Shown piece by piece: positions 8,396 to 17,842 of a DNA stretch of 64,000 nt. The stretch's first letter is position 1. Each line of letters starts with the position of its first letter. Under the pieces are notes generated by a model. That model ran no database searches. It worked only from the letters and a program-made list of their open reading frames with translations, and had not been told where the DNA came from. The stretch comes from Lachnospiraceae bacterium (GTDB taxonomy: Bacteria > Bacillota > Clostridia > Lachnospirales > Lachnospiraceae). A program made the translations under genes and the position numbers. The stretch is taken from NCBI GenBank assembly GCA_041848045.1, contig JBGZHY010000111.1, positions 4,327-68,326 of the forward strand. The letters are read 5' to 3'.

Positions 8396-10153
8396 ATGAA
8401 TAAGAAAAAGCCCAGTATAGGAAACTCAATATTTGTATATTTTACGGTGACGGCGGTGCTGGCTGCCGTGTTCATCAGTCTTGCCATATACAGCAGGCTG
8501 TCCGCACAGTTGGAAAGCAGCATCAAGGAAGAAAATGTCAATCTGGTCAATCAGGTGAATATTTCCATTGACAAGTATATTCGAAGCATCATCAGATTAT
8601 CGGACTCTATTTACTATGGGGTTATTAAGAATGCGGATATATCCGACAGCTCCGTCAGTCAGGACATTTTTCTGCTCTATGACAACCATAAAGATATGAT
8701 ACAAAATATCGCTCTTTTTTCCGCCTCCGGAGATATGCTCCTTAGCGTGCCCGCCGCCAGGATGGAGGAGGGCTATGAGCTGCGAAAGGAAGCCTGGTTT
8801 TTGGAAAGTCTGTCGGAGGCGGAAAGCATTTACTTTTCCAAGCCTCATGTGCAGCGTATTTTTGTGCAGAATGAAAATGCCTACAAATGGGTCATCAGTA
8901 TGGCAAGGGCGGTGGAGATTACCGCAAACGGAAAGAGCGAGCAGGCTCTTTTGCTGATGGACATTGACTATTCCAGCGTGGCGCATTTGGTGGATAATAT
9001 CTCCTTCGGCAGCGGCTCGTACATTTACCTGATGGATGCCGGCGGGGAGCTGTTGTACCATCCGAAGCTGCAGTTGATTTATGCGGGGCTGGAGAGCGAA
9101 AACAACGAGGCTGCCCTCGCCTATGCCGACGGTCTGACGGATGAGTATTTTCAAGGGGTAAGGCGCAGCGTATTGACGAAAAGCGTGGGCTATACGGGTT
9201 GGAAAATTGTGGGGGTCAGCCCCAATAGAGGGCTTGCCTTAAATACCATCAAAACGAAGCTTTTTATGGTATTTGTCATCGCCTGCATTATTTTTATGGT
9301 ATCCGTCATCAATGCTTACATTTCCTACATCATTACGGATCCGATTAAGGCTCTGGAAAAGTCGGTGAATGAATTGGAGGCGGGAAACATGGACGCCCAA
9401 ATCCATATCGGCGGCTCTTACGAGATTATGCACCTGGGCAATTCCTTGAAGGATATGTCCGCCCGGATTAAGAGCCTGATGCAGGATATTATGGTGGAGG
9501 GTGAAGAGAAGAGAAAAAGCGAGTTTGCCACCCTGCAGTCCCAGATTAACCCGCATTTCCTGTACAATACGCTGGATATCATCGTATGGATGATAGAAAA
9601 TGAAAAAAAGTCGGAAGCGGTACGGGTGGTGACGGCGCTGGCCAGATTTTTCCGCATCTCTTTAAGCAAGGGGAAAAGCATTATCAGCGTGGGCAATGAG
9701 TTGGAGCATGTCCGCAACTACCTGATGATACAGCAGATGCGCTTTAAGAATAAGTTTGATTATGAAATTACGGTGGATGAAGAAATTTTGGAGTATGCAT
9801 CCTTAAAGCTGATGCTGCAGCCTTTGGTGGAAAATTCCATTTACCATGGCATGGAGTTTATGGACGGGGACGGGATGATTCGGATTTCGGTGGAGCGCGT
9901 GGGACAGGAGCTGCATTTTCGGATTGCAGACAACGGGCTTGGCATGACGAGGGAGCAGGCGGATGCTCTCTTAAAACAGGACAGACTGGTCAGCAGCAAA
10001 AAAGGCTCCGGCATCGGCGTGCGCAACGTAAATGAGCGGATTAAGCTGTATTTCGGTGAAGAATACGGTTTGCGGATAGAGTCGGAGCCGGATGAGGGAA
10101 CCTGTATCTGTCTGATATTGCCGCTGCGGAGTATGGGGGAAGTTAATGGATAA
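8396..10153 (+). CDS. sensor histidine kinase, YesM/LytS-type (two TM helices, ~260-aa extracytoplasmic domain, HAMP, His_kinase, HATPase)
   Basis: TM1 FVYFTVTAVLAAVFISLAIY, TM2 LFMVFVIACIIFMVSVINAYISYII, H-box QINPHFLYNTLD, N-box LVENSIYHG, G-boxes DNGLGM and GSGIGVRN. Confidence 0.9.
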   Translation: MNKKKPSIGNSIFVYFTVTAVLAAVFISLAIYSRLSAQLESSIKEENVNLVNQVNISIDKYIRSIIRLSDSIYYGVIKNADISDSSVSQDIFLLYDNHKDMIQNIALFSASGDMLLSVPAARMEEGYELRKEAWFLESLSEAESIYFSKPHVQRIFVQNENAYKWVISMARAVEITANGKSEQALLLMDIDYSSVAHLVDNISFGSGSYIYLMDAGGELLYHPKLQLIYAGLESENNEAALAYADGLTDEYFQGVRRSVLTKSVGYTGWKIVGVSPNRGLALNTIKTKLFMVFVIACIIFMVSVINAYISYIITDPIKALEKSVNELEAGNMDAQIHIGGSYEIMHLGNSLKDMSARIKSLMQDIMVEGEEKRKSEFATLQSQINPHFLYNTLDIIVWMIENEKKSEAVRVVTALARFFRISLSKGKSIISVGNELEHVRNYLMIQQMRFKNKFDYEITVDEEILEYASLKLMLQPLVENSIYHGMEFMDGDGMIRISVERVGQELHFRIADNGLGMTREQADALLKQDRLVSSKKGSGIGVRNVNERIKLYFGEEYGLRIESEPDEGTCICLILPLRSMGEVNG

Positions 10154-11114
10154 GAAGGGAATATTTTTTTGGACGGGAGGCATCCTTGTGCTGCTCGTCT
10201 TGTACCTGCTTTCTTCCACCGATTTGCTGATTCAGGAAGAGCGGCAGAAAGTGTATCAGGTTTCCGTGGTTTTGCGGGACACCAATGAGGCGTTTTATGA
10301 AAATTTTAAAAAGGGTGTGGAACAGGCGGCGGCGGAGCTGAATGTGGATATCAACCTGCTGACTCTGTATGACCTGCAGGACGTGGGGCAGCAGGCGGAT
10401 ATCATCAGGGCGGAGCGGCAGGAAGGGGCGGATGCCCTAGTGCTGGAGCCTCACGGTATGGAGTTGAGTAAGGAACTGGTACAGGACTTACCTCTGGTGA
10501 TTGTGGGGGATGAGGAGTACGAATTTGCTTACAGCGCTCTGGAGCCGGATTTTGCGGGGGCTGCCGAGCTTTTGGCGGAGCAGATACGGCTGCGGCATCC
10601 GCAGTTGGAGGAGCTTTATTTGTTTGCCCACGGCAGGCAAAATTACGGCAATGCGGAGGCCTACGCGGCTCTGGAGCAGATTTTTGCGCAGACGGAGGTG
10701 GAGCTGCGTTTTATCGACGACAGCGAGGAGAAGGATGCCTTTCGTCGTGAGATCGAAAGCTTTGTGTATCCCGACTCTGCAGGCAATAAAGAAAGGGTGG
10801 CGCTTGCCCTGGACAGACCCAGTTTTCAAAAGCTGCTGCAGATTGTGGAGGGCAGCGACGTATACAAGAACAGCATAGGCGGCATCTACGGCCTTGGCAG
10901 CAGCAGTTATATTGTAAGCAAACTTCATCGAGGCAGAGTTGGAGGACTGGTTTACTGGGATGACTACAAAATCGGTTATCTGTCCGTTAAGACGGCGGTG
11001 GAAATGATTGAATACAGAGGGACTTATCAGAAGCTGCGTATAGAAGGAAAGTTTATTGATAAAGAGGATTTGCAGGAGGAGGAGAACCTGCGCCTGCTTT
11101 ATCCGATAGAATAG
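10146..11114 (+). CDS. membrane-anchored periplasmic-binding-protein (type I, sugar-binding-like) paralog; probable sensor accessory
   Basis: 8-nt overlap with kinase gene. N-terminal TM anchor (IFFWTGGILVLLVLYLLSS) without lipobox Cys. PBP-like alternation (YQVSVVLRDTNEAFYENFKKGVEQAA..., ADALVLEPHG). Confidence 0.65.
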   Translation: MDKKGIFFWTGGILVLLVLYLLSSTDLLIQEERQKVYQVSVVLRDTNEAFYENFKKGVEQAAAELNVDINLLTLYDLQDVGQQADIIRAERQEGADALVLEPHGMELSKELVQDLPLVIVGDEEYEFAYSALEPDFAGAAELLAEQIRLRHPQLEELYLFAHGRQNYGNAEAYAALEQIFAQTEVELRFIDDSEEKDAFRREIESFVYPDSAGNKERVALALDRPSFQKLLQIVEGSDVYKNSIGGIYGLGSSSYIVSKLHRGRVGGLVYWDDYKIGYLSVKTAVEMIEYRGTYQKLRIEGKFIDKEDLQEEENLRLLYPIE

Positions 11115-11123
11115 AGGAAGAGG

Positions 11124-12155
11124 ATGAAACAATATACAAAAATCTTTGCCGTGGCGGCGGTTTTGTTAGGGTTTACGATACTTGCCCTTTTGTTGCTGAA
11201 AAAAGAGGCGCAAAACACCCAAGTACAAAAGGATTCCTTGAAAATCGGAGTGCTCTTGTACCGTTCCGATGATGTTTTCATATCCAGTCTGAGGCAGGAA
11301 ATAGAGGAGTATGTGAAGGCTTTTGAAAAGGATAATCCGGTGAAGGTCAATATCGAGGTGGTGTATGCCGCCGGCGATCAGGCTTTGCAGGACAGGCAGG
11401 CGGAGCGTTTCATATCTCTGGATTATGATGTGCTTTGTGTCAATCCGGTGGACAGAACCAATGTGTCCAATATTATCGACAAGTGCATGCAAAAGGATAT
11501 TCCGTTGGTGTTTTTTAACCGCAGACCTTCAGAGGATGATATGAAGCGCTATGAGAAGCTTTATTATGTGGGAGTGGATCCCAAAGAGGAGGCGACGGAG
11601 CAGGGCAATATTTTGGTGGAGCTGTACCGAAAGGATGCAGGGGCACTGGATTTGAACGGCAACGGCATGGTGGAATATGTATTTTTGGAGGGTGAAGTCA
11701 GCCATCAGGATTCCCTGATTCGCACCAAATGGAGCATTCAGACCTTACAGGATGCGGGGGTACCTATTCATAAGCTGGCGGGAGGCATTGCCAACTGGGA
11801 GAGGAGCCAAGCCTCCGCTTTGATGGAAGCATGGCTGGAGGAATATGCATCGCAGATTGAACTGGTTATTTCCAATAATGATGATATGGCAATGGGGGCG
11901 CTGGAGGCGATAGAGCGAAAAAATGATCTTCGGGGCATTAAGGTGGTAGGTATAGACGGGATTCCTGCCGCCATAGAATCCGTGAGAAACGGAAAAATGT
12001 ACGGAACGGTAGCCAATGATATCGACGGTTATGCAAAAGCCATCATCCATATCGCCGTATATGCAAGCCTGAACAAAGCCTTTCCGGAGGAAATATCGGC
12101 AAGAATGACGCAGCGTTACTACAAAGTGGGACAGGAAGCGCTGACGGGTGAGTAA
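11124..12155 (+). CDS. membrane-anchored MglB/ribose-type sugar-binding protein paralog; probable sensor accessory
   Basis: N-terminal TM anchor (IFAVAAVLLGFTILALLLL), no lipobox. Motifs shared with galactose/glucose-binding proteins (KIGVLLYRSDDVF, DVLCVNPVD, IPLVFFNR, SNNDDMAMGALEA, GTVANDI). Confidence 0.75.
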   Translation: MKQYTKIFAVAAVLLGFTILALLLLKKEAQNTQVQKDSLKIGVLLYRSDDVFISSLRQEIEEYVKAFEKDNPVKVNIEVVYAAGDQALQDRQAERFISLDYDVLCVNPVDRTNVSNIIDKCMQKDIPLVFFNRRPSEDDMKRYEKLYYVGVDPKEEATEQGNILVELYRKDAGALDLNGNGMVEYVFLEGEVSHQDSLIRTKWSIQTLQDAGVPIHKLAGGIANWERSQASALMEAWLEEYASQIELVISNNDDMAMGALEAIERKNDLRGIKVVGIDGIPAAIESVRNGKMYGTVANDIDGYAKAIIHIAVYASLNKAFPEEISARMTQRYYKVGQEALTGE

Positions 12156-12286
12156 ACGGCATATATCAAAAAAATTCAATACATTTTCCAAAAAAATCCT
12201 ATAGAAATGTGTCCAAAAAAAGAATAAAATGTGAACATCAACAAAAGTTATACCTAAACCAAATGAACGAGTATGGAGGATGTATT

Positions 12287-13408
12287 ATGAGATTAACAAA
12301 GAAAGTATTTGCAGCGGCATTGGCGTCTGCGATGGTATTGTCAACCGCGGCATGCGCAGGTACACAGCAGGCAACGACTACGGCAGCGGCAGCGGCGGAA
12401 AGTACAACAGCGGCGGCAGCGGAAAGCACAAGTGCGGCAGCAGCGGCAGAAAGCACTGCAGCGGCGACAGAGGGCAAGGACTTAAGCGAGGTGAAGGTGG
12501 GTATTTCCATCTACAAATTTGATGACAACTTCATGACCCTGTATCGTCAGGAGCTGGAGAGATACCTGATCGAAAAGGGCTTCAAGGCAGAGAACATTAC
12601 GATACAGGACGGAAAGAATGACCAGGCAGAGCAGACAAACCAGATTAACAACTTCATTGCCAACGGCGTGGATATTATGATTTTGAACCTGGTACAGTCT
12701 TCTTCCGCACCGACAGTGACAAAGCTTGCGGCAGATGCGGGCATTCCGGTTGTTTACATCAACAGAGAGCCGGATGCGGCGGAAATCGAGAGATGGAAGA
12801 CGGAAGGCATCAAGGCTACTTATGTAGGCGCAGACGCAAGACAGTCCGGAACCTTCCAGGGAGAGATGATTGCAGAGCTTCCAAACAAGGGTGATGTAAA
12901 CGGCGACGGCGTAGTAAGCTACATTATGATTCAGGGAGATCCTGAAAACGTAGACGCACAGTACAGAACAGAATATTCCGTCAAAGCCCTGGAGGATGCA
13001 GGCATTAAGACAGAGCAGCTTTTGATACAGAGGGGTGACTGGGATCAGGCAAAGGGTCAGCAGATTGCGCAGGATGCTTTGACACAGTTCGGTGACAAGG
13101 TGGAGGTTGTATTCTCCAACAATGATGCGATGGCACTTGGTGCCTTGGAGGCGATTAAAGCGTCAAACAGAACCGTGGGCGAAGACATTTACATCGTAGG
13201 TGTGGATGCGCTTGCAGAGGTTTGCCAGAACGTAGCGGAAGGCAAGATGACCGGTACGGTATTCAACGATTTCCTGAGTCAGGCAAGAACGGCAGGCGAT
13301 GCAGCCGCCAGCTTTGCAGAGGGCAAGGAAGTAGAAAGCAAAATCGGCGTTGACTACGTAAAGGTTACCAAGGACAAGGCGGCAGAGATTCTGGAATTGG
13401 TTAAGTAA
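12287..13408 (+). CDS. mglB: sugar ABC transporter substrate-binding lipoprotein (galactose/glucose MglB-like)
   Basis: SD GGAGGA 6 nt before ATG 12287 (track ORF starts upstream at 12209). Signal peptide with lipobox-like STAAC. Thr/Ala/Glu linker, then PBP motifs (KVGISIYKFDDNF, DIMILNLV, IPVVYINR, SNNDAMALGALEA, GTVFND). Confidence 0.85.
   Translation: MRLTKKVFAAALASAMVLSTAACAGTQQATTTAAAAAESTTAAAAESTSAAAAAESTAAATEGKDLSEVKVGISIYKFDDNFMTLYRQELERYLIEKGFKAENITIQDGKNDQAEQTNQINNFIANGVDIMILNLVQSSSAPTVTKLAADAGIPVVYINREPDAAEIERWKTEGIKATYVGADARQSGTFQGEMIAELPNKGDVNGDGVVSYIMIQGDPENVDAQYRTEYSVKALEDAGIKTEQLLIQRGDWDQAKGQQIAQDALTQFGDKVEVVFSNNDAMALGALEAIKASNRTVGEDIYIVGVDALAEVCQNVAEGKMTGTVFNDFLSQARTAGDAAASFAEGKEVESKIGVDYVKVTKDKAAEILELVK
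12356..12485 (+). repeat. low-complexity imperfect tandem repeat encoding (A)nES(T) linker after the lipobox
   Basis: Encodes AGTQQATTTAAAAAESTTAAAAESTSAAAAAESTAAATEG; DNA shows reiterated gcggcagcggc(g)gaaag(t/c)ac units. Confidence 0.8.
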
Positions 13409-13455
13409 TCGAGAAAGTGAATAATCTTTTTGGCAAGAAAGATAAAAACTGAAAT

Positions 13456-13492
13456 ATCGGGTGTGTCTTCTGAATAGGCACACCCGATTTTT
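13456..13492 (+). terminator. intra-operon hairpin/partial terminator between mglB-like and ATPase genes
   Basis: Perfect 10-bp stem ATCGGGTGTG (13456-13465) / CACACCCGAT (13479-13488) followed by TTTTT. It lies inside the track ORF extension 13461-13508, which argues for the ATPase start at 13509. Confidence 0.7.
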
Positions 13493-13508
13493 GAAAGGAG
13501 AACAGAGA

Positions 13509-15020
13509 ATGTCTGAACAATACAGATTGCAAATGAGCGGCGTATCCAAAAGCTTTCCGGGTGTGAAGGCGCTGGACGGCATACATTTTCGTGTAAGGCC
13601 GGGAAGCGTGCATGCCTTGATGGGAGAAAACGGTGCGGGTAAGTCCACGCTGATGAAGTGCTTGTTTGGAATTTACAAAATGGATGAGGGCAAGATATTC
13701 GTAGATGGACAGGAAACACATATCCATAATCCGGAAGAGGCCTTGCGAAAAGGGCTTGCCATGGTGCATCAGGAGCTGCAGCCGGTTCCTGCCAGAAGCA
13801 TTGCGGAAAATATGTATCTTGGGCGGTATCCGACCAAAGCCTTCGGGCCTTTTAAGATGGTGGATCATGACAAGATGAACAGCGAAGCAAAAAAATGGCT
13901 GGAAGAAGTAAAGGCGGACTTTAACCCGAAGGACCTGTTGCAAACCTTATCCATTTCGCAGATGCAGTCTGTGGAGATTGCGAAGGCAGTATCTCAGGGC
14001 GCCAATATCATTATTTTGGACGAGCCAACCTCCTCGTTGACGGACAATGAGGTGGAGGGTTTGTTTCGGATTATTCGGGATCTGCGCAGCAGAGGCGTAT
14101 CTTTGATTTATATCTCCCACAAAATGGCGGAGATTCGGGAGATTGCGGATGAAATCACCATTATGCGTGACGGCACCTATGTGGGAACCTGGGATATGAA
14201 GGATATTTCCGATGCCGAGATCATCAGACAAATGGTGGGGCGGGAGCTGTCCAATATTTATCCCGATAAGGGAGAGCAGAATTTTGGAGAAACCGTTTTG
14301 GAGGTAGAGGGATTAAGCAGTATCCATGACAAATCCTTTAAAGACTGCAGTTTCAAGCTGCGTCGGGGAGAAATCATCGGCTTTGGCGGCTTGGTGGGCT
14401 CCCAGCGCTCGGAACTGATGGAGGCGATTTTCGGGCTGCGCCACGTAAAAGCGGGAAAGATCAAGGTAAACAATAAGGAAGTAAAAATCAACAGACCGGC
14501 GGATGCGATTCGCAACGGCATCGGTATGATTACGGAAGACAGAAGAGGAACGGGTATTCTGGGCTGCCTGTCCATATCGGACAATGTAGGCATTTCTTCC
14601 CTGAATCATTATCTGGATATGGGCTTTGTACTGAACCATGCCAAAATCACCCGGGTGGTGGATGAGAATGTGGCAAAGTTAAGGATTAAAACACCGGATA
14701 ATAAGACTCTGATTCAGTCCTTATCCGGCGGAAATCAGCAAAAGGTCATCATTGCCAGATGGCTTGCCAACAATCCGGATGTGCTGATTATGGACGAGCC
14801 TACCAGAGGTATAGACGTAGGCGCCAAGTATGAAATTTATCAGATTATGCTTGATTTGGCGAAGCAGGGAAAGGGCATCATTATGATTTCTTCCGAAATG
14901 CCGGAGCTGATCGGTATGTCGGACAGGGTTCTGGTAATGTGCAACGGCAGAATTACGGGTGAGCTTGACAAAGGGGATGCTACCCAGGAAAACATCATGC
15001 ATTTGGCTACGCAATTTTAA
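13509..15020 (+). CDS. mglA: sugar ABC transporter ATP-binding protein, duplicated ATPase (MglA-like)
   Basis: SD GAAAGGAG upstream of ATG 13509. Walker A GENGAGKST, Walker B IIILDEPTS. Second half LSGGNQQK and LIMDEPTRGID. Confidence 0.9.
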   Translation: MSEQYRLQMSGVSKSFPGVKALDGIHFRVRPGSVHALMGENGAGKSTLMKCLFGIYKMDEGKIFVDGQETHIHNPEEALRKGLAMVHQELQPVPARSIAENMYLGRYPTKAFGPFKMVDHDKMNSEAKKWLEEVKADFNPKDLLQTLSISQMQSVEIAKAVSQGANIIILDEPTSSLTDNEVEGLFRIIRDLRSRGVSLIYISHKMAEIREIADEITIMRDGTYVGTWDMKDISDAEIIRQMVGRELSNIYPDKGEQNFGETVLEVEGLSSIHDKSFKDCSFKLRRGEIIGFGGLVGSQRSELMEAIFGLRHVKAGKIKVNNKEVKINRPADAIRNGIGMITEDRRGTGILGCLSISDNVGISSLNHYLDMGFVLNHAKITRVVDENVAKLRIKTPDNKTLIQSLSGGNQQKVIIARWLANNPDVLIMDEPTRGIDVGAKYEIYQIMLDLAKQGKGIIMISSEMPELIGMSDRVLVMCNGRITGELDKGDATQENIMHLATQF

Positions 15021-15037
15021 TAGAGGAGGATATGGAA

Positions 15038-16141
15038 ATGTCTACGAATAAAACCTTGGCTGCGAAGCCAAATATAGATATGAAAAAGGTGTTATTGGAC
15101 AACGGCATCATCATTGTGCTGCTGCTGTTGGTGCTGACTACGGGTATTAGGAAGGATAACTTCTTTTCCTTTGAGAATCTGAAAAATATATCCGTGAATA
15201 CGGCGGCGCGCGTCATCATCGCTTTTGGTGTGTCCGGCTGCCTGATTACAAGAGGAACGGATCTTTCGGCGGGACGTGTGGTAGGTCTTGCGGCTTGTAT
15301 TTCCGGTACGCTTCTGCAAAGACCGGATGCGGCAGGTAAGTTTTATCCGCAGCTGCACAGTGTCATTGTCAGCATTGTCGGAATGTTCAATCCGACGGCG
15401 GCGCAGAATATCGTGCAGAATACGGCGGCAGGTGTTCCTTATCCGTTGTTGTTTACCCTGGATATCATTATTGTTTTACTGCTAACCATTGCACTTTGTG
15501 CGCTGATCGGTCTGATTAACGGCTGGATTATTTCCTACCTGCATGTACCCGCATTTATCGGTACCTTGGGTATGCAGCTTGTGGTATACGGTATTTGCCT
15601 GGTTTATACGAATGCGACTCCTATCGGCAGCTTCAGGGATGATTATACAAGTGTGGCAAACGGCTCCTTCGGCATATTGCCGAATCTGTTCATCATTGCC
15701 TTTATTGCCGGCGCGGTAATGTGGTTTATTTATAATATGACAAGGCATGGGAAATATATGTATGCCATAGGCGGAAATGAAGCGGCGGCAGAGGTTTCCG
15801 GTGTAAATGTCAAGAAAACGAAGATTCTCATTTATGTAACGGCGGCTGTGCTGTATGCGATTGCAGGCTTTATCTTAGGCGCCAAATCCGGCGGTACCTC
15901 CGTAAACATGGGACAGGGATACGAGCTGGAAGCGATTGCGGCTTGTACCATCGGCGGTGTGTCCGTAAACGGCGGTATCGGAAGAATTTCCGGTTGCGTC
16001 ATCGGTGTATTGGTGTTTGAGTTGTTGAAATCATCCATGCAGTTTTTGGGTATCAATACCAACTATCAGTACATTGTACAAGGTGTGGTTATCGTTGTGG
16101 CTATCGCCCTGGACATCAGAAAATATATTCAGAAGAAGTAA
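15038..16141 (+). CDS. mglC: sugar ABC transporter permease (MglC/RbsC family)
   Basis: Highly hydrophobic. Conserved TRHGKYMYAIGGNEAAAEVSGVNV loop and C-terminal IVQGVVIVVAIALD. ATG 15038 is 8 nt after AGGAGG (alternative ATG 15032 only 2 nt after). Confidence 0.88.
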   Translation: MSTNKTLAAKPNIDMKKVLLDNGIIIVLLLLVLTTGIRKDNFFSFENLKNISVNTAARVIIAFGVSGCLITRGTDLSAGRVVGLAACISGTLLQRPDAAGKFYPQLHSVIVSIVGMFNPTAAQNIVQNTAAGVPYPLLFTLDIIIVLLLTIALCALIGLINGWIISYLHVPAFIGTLGMQLVVYGICLVYTNATPIGSFRDDYTSVANGSFGILPNLFIIAFIAGAVMWFIYNMTRHGKYMYAIGGNEAAAEVSGVNVKKTKILIYVTAAVLYAIAGFILGAKSGGTSVNMGQGYELEAIAACTIGGVSVNGGIGRISGCVIGVLVFELLKSSMQFLGINTNYQYIVQGVVIVVAIALDIRKYIQKK

Positions 16142-16150
16142 AGAAGAAGG

Positions 16151-16181
16151 CAGAACGGCTCTTTGGGGCGGTTCTGTTTTT
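16151..16181 (+). terminator. rho-independent terminator after permease gene
   Basis: CAGAACGGC / GCGGTTCTG stem (one mismatch) followed by TTTTT. Confidence 0.55.
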
Positions 16182-16282
16182 GATTGCAGCTTTTATCTGT
16201 TCGCCTGTCAAATGCCTGAATATATACATTTCTGCCTGAATATGCTATACTTTTAAAAAACAACCGGAAAGGAGATGATAAG

Positions 16283-16687
16283 GTGGTATTTTGGCTATGT
16301 ATGCTGTTTATGTTGACATTGACGCCGCTGTTGATGATAGGATTCGGATACCATATGAAAAAGTGTCCTCCAAAAAAAATCAACAACATATATGGTTATC
16401 GGACGACGATGTCAATGAAAAATCAGGATACCTGGGACTTTGCGCAGATTTATTGCGGGAAGGTTTGGGTAAAATGGGGCTTGACGATGCTGCCGCTCTC
16501 GGCACTGCTCATGTTGGCGGTGTGGGGAAAGGGAGAGGATATCGTCGGGATTTTTGTCGGGGGACTTTCCGTTTTGCAGCTTACGGTAATGTTGCTTTCT
16601 GTTGCGGCAACGGAGCGAGCCTTACATCGGTACTTTGATAAGGCGGGGAAGAGAAAAGAAGATGCACCGCCATCGTTTGACATTTGA
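16283..16687 (+). CDS. SdpI/YhfL-family membrane protein
   Basis: GTG start 8 nt after AAAGGAG. Family motif NNIYGYRTTMSMKNQDTWDFAQ followed by TM helices. Confidence 0.75.
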   Translation: MVFWLCMLFMLTLTPLLMIGFGYHMKKCPPKKINNIYGYRTTMSMKNQDTWDFAQIYCGKVWVKWGLTMLPLSALLMLAVWGKGEDIVGIFVGGLSVLQLTVMLLSVAATERALHRYFDKAGKRKEDAPPSFDI

Positions 16688-16697
16688 TGAAGAACTA

Positions 16698-16745
16698 AGC
16701 TGAGGGGAGCTTTTCAAAGCGAAAAGTTCCCCTCAGCTTTTGCCT
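16698..16745 (+). terminator. strong rho-independent terminator
   Basis: AGCTGAGGGGA ... TCCCCTCAGCT stem with inner TTTTC/GAAAA pairing, followed by TTTTG. Confidence 0.8.
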
Positions 16746-16800
16746 TTTCTCTCAACAAAATACACAAAATGAATAAGTTAAATATATGAAATACTCCAAA

Positions 16801-16829
16801 TTGACAAATATTCCGGAGCACATTACAAT
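16801..16829 (+). promoter_or_regulatory. iol operon promoter
   Basis: TTGACA (16801-16806), 17-nt spacer, TACAAT (16824-16829). Confidence 0.6.
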
Positions 16830-16840
16830 AATGACATATA

Positions 16841-16856
16841 GAGTTTATATAAACTC
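16841..16856 (+). promoter_or_regulatory. perfect 16-bp palindrome GAGTTTATATAAACTC just downstream of predicted start site; candidate IolR (DeoR) operator
   Basis: Perfect palindrome 12 nt after the -10 hexamer, in the ~90-nt leader of iolE. Confidence 0.45.
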
Positions 16857-16920
16857 TCTGTAAAGTTCATAAAGAATCAATATAAAGTTGTAAAGCTTTG
16901 TAAAAGAGGAGGAAGCTAAA

Positions 16921-17814
16921 GTGTTTGAGAAAGTGAAGCTTGGAATAGCACCGATTGCGTGGACAAATGACGATATGCCGGATTTGGGAAGCGAGAACAC
17001 CTTCGAGCAGTGTGTCAGCGAGATGGCTCTGGCAGGTTTTCGCGGCTGTGAGGTAGGTAATAAGTACCCAAGACATGATGAGGATTTGCTGAAAAGACGT
17101 CTGGATATCCGGAATATGAGCATAGCAGGCGCCTGGTTCTCATCCTTTCTGACAACCAAGCCTTATGAGGAAACCATGGAGGCCTTTATCAGCCACAGAG
17201 ATTTCCTGCATCGCTTCGGTGCAAAGGTTATTGTTGTTTCAGAACAGGGGCACAGCATACAGGGGCAGATGTCAACGCCGGTATTTGAGCAGAAGTACAT
17301 CTTTAACGATGCGGAATGGGAGCTTTTGGCGAGAGGTCTGGAAAAATTGGGCGCTCTGGCGCAGGAAAAGGGGATGAAGATAGCTTATCACCATCATATG
17401 GGTACAGGCGTGCAGACCGAGGCGGAAGTTGACAGACTGATGCAGATGACGGATCCGAAGCTGGTACATCTTTTGTATGATACGGGGCACCTTGCCTATT
17501 CCGGAGATGATTATGTCAGCGTTTTGCGCAAGTATGTGGACAGAATCGTGCATGTACACTTGAAGGATATCCGCCGGGCGGTAGTGGATAAGGTAAAGGC
17601 GGAGCACAAGAGCTTTTTGGAAGGTGTCAGACTGGGAACCTTTACCGTGCCGGGCGATGGAGATGTGGACTTTACGGAAGTATTCAGGATTTTGGGCGAA
17701 CGGGATTATGAGGGCTGGTTTATTGTAGAGGCGGAGCAGGATCCGGCGATTGCGAATCCTTTCGAGTATGCCGTGAAGGCAAGGGCGTTTATCAAGGAAA
17801 AAACCGGACTGTAG
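16921..17814 (+). CDS. iolE: myo-inosose-2 dehydratase
   Basis: GTG start after GAGGAGGAAG. N-terminus [18 protein letters not shown] typical of IolE (xylose-isomerase-like TIM barrel). iol gene context. Confidence 0.9.
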   Translation: MFEKVKLGIAPIAWTNDDMPDLGSENTFEQCVSEMALAGFRGCEVGNKYPRHDEDLLKRRLDIRNMSIAGAWFSSFLTTKPYEETMEAFISHRDFLHRFGAKVIVVSEQGHSIQGQMSTPVFEQKYIFNDAEWELLARGLEKLGALAQEKGMKIAYHHHMGTGVQTEAEVDRLMQMTDPKLVHLLYDTGHLAYSGDDYVSVLRKYVDRIVHVHLKDIRRAVVDKVKAEHKSFLEGVRLGTFTVPGDGDVDFTEVFRILGERDYEGWFIVEAEQDPAIANPFEYAVKARAFIKEKTGL

Positions 17815-17842
17815 GTCCGTAAAATAAAATGGAGGAAAGGTT

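Noticed and set aside
12209-12286. N-terminal extensions in the ORF track (12209, 13461, 20486, 23605, 28144, 28959, 32582 TTG, 32784, 35215, 37756, 54096, 56479, 59951).
   Set aside because: The internal start codons have properly spaced AGGAGG-like sites and give canonical N-termini (signal peptides, family-typical starts). Several extensions overlap the upstream gene or a terminator hairpin.
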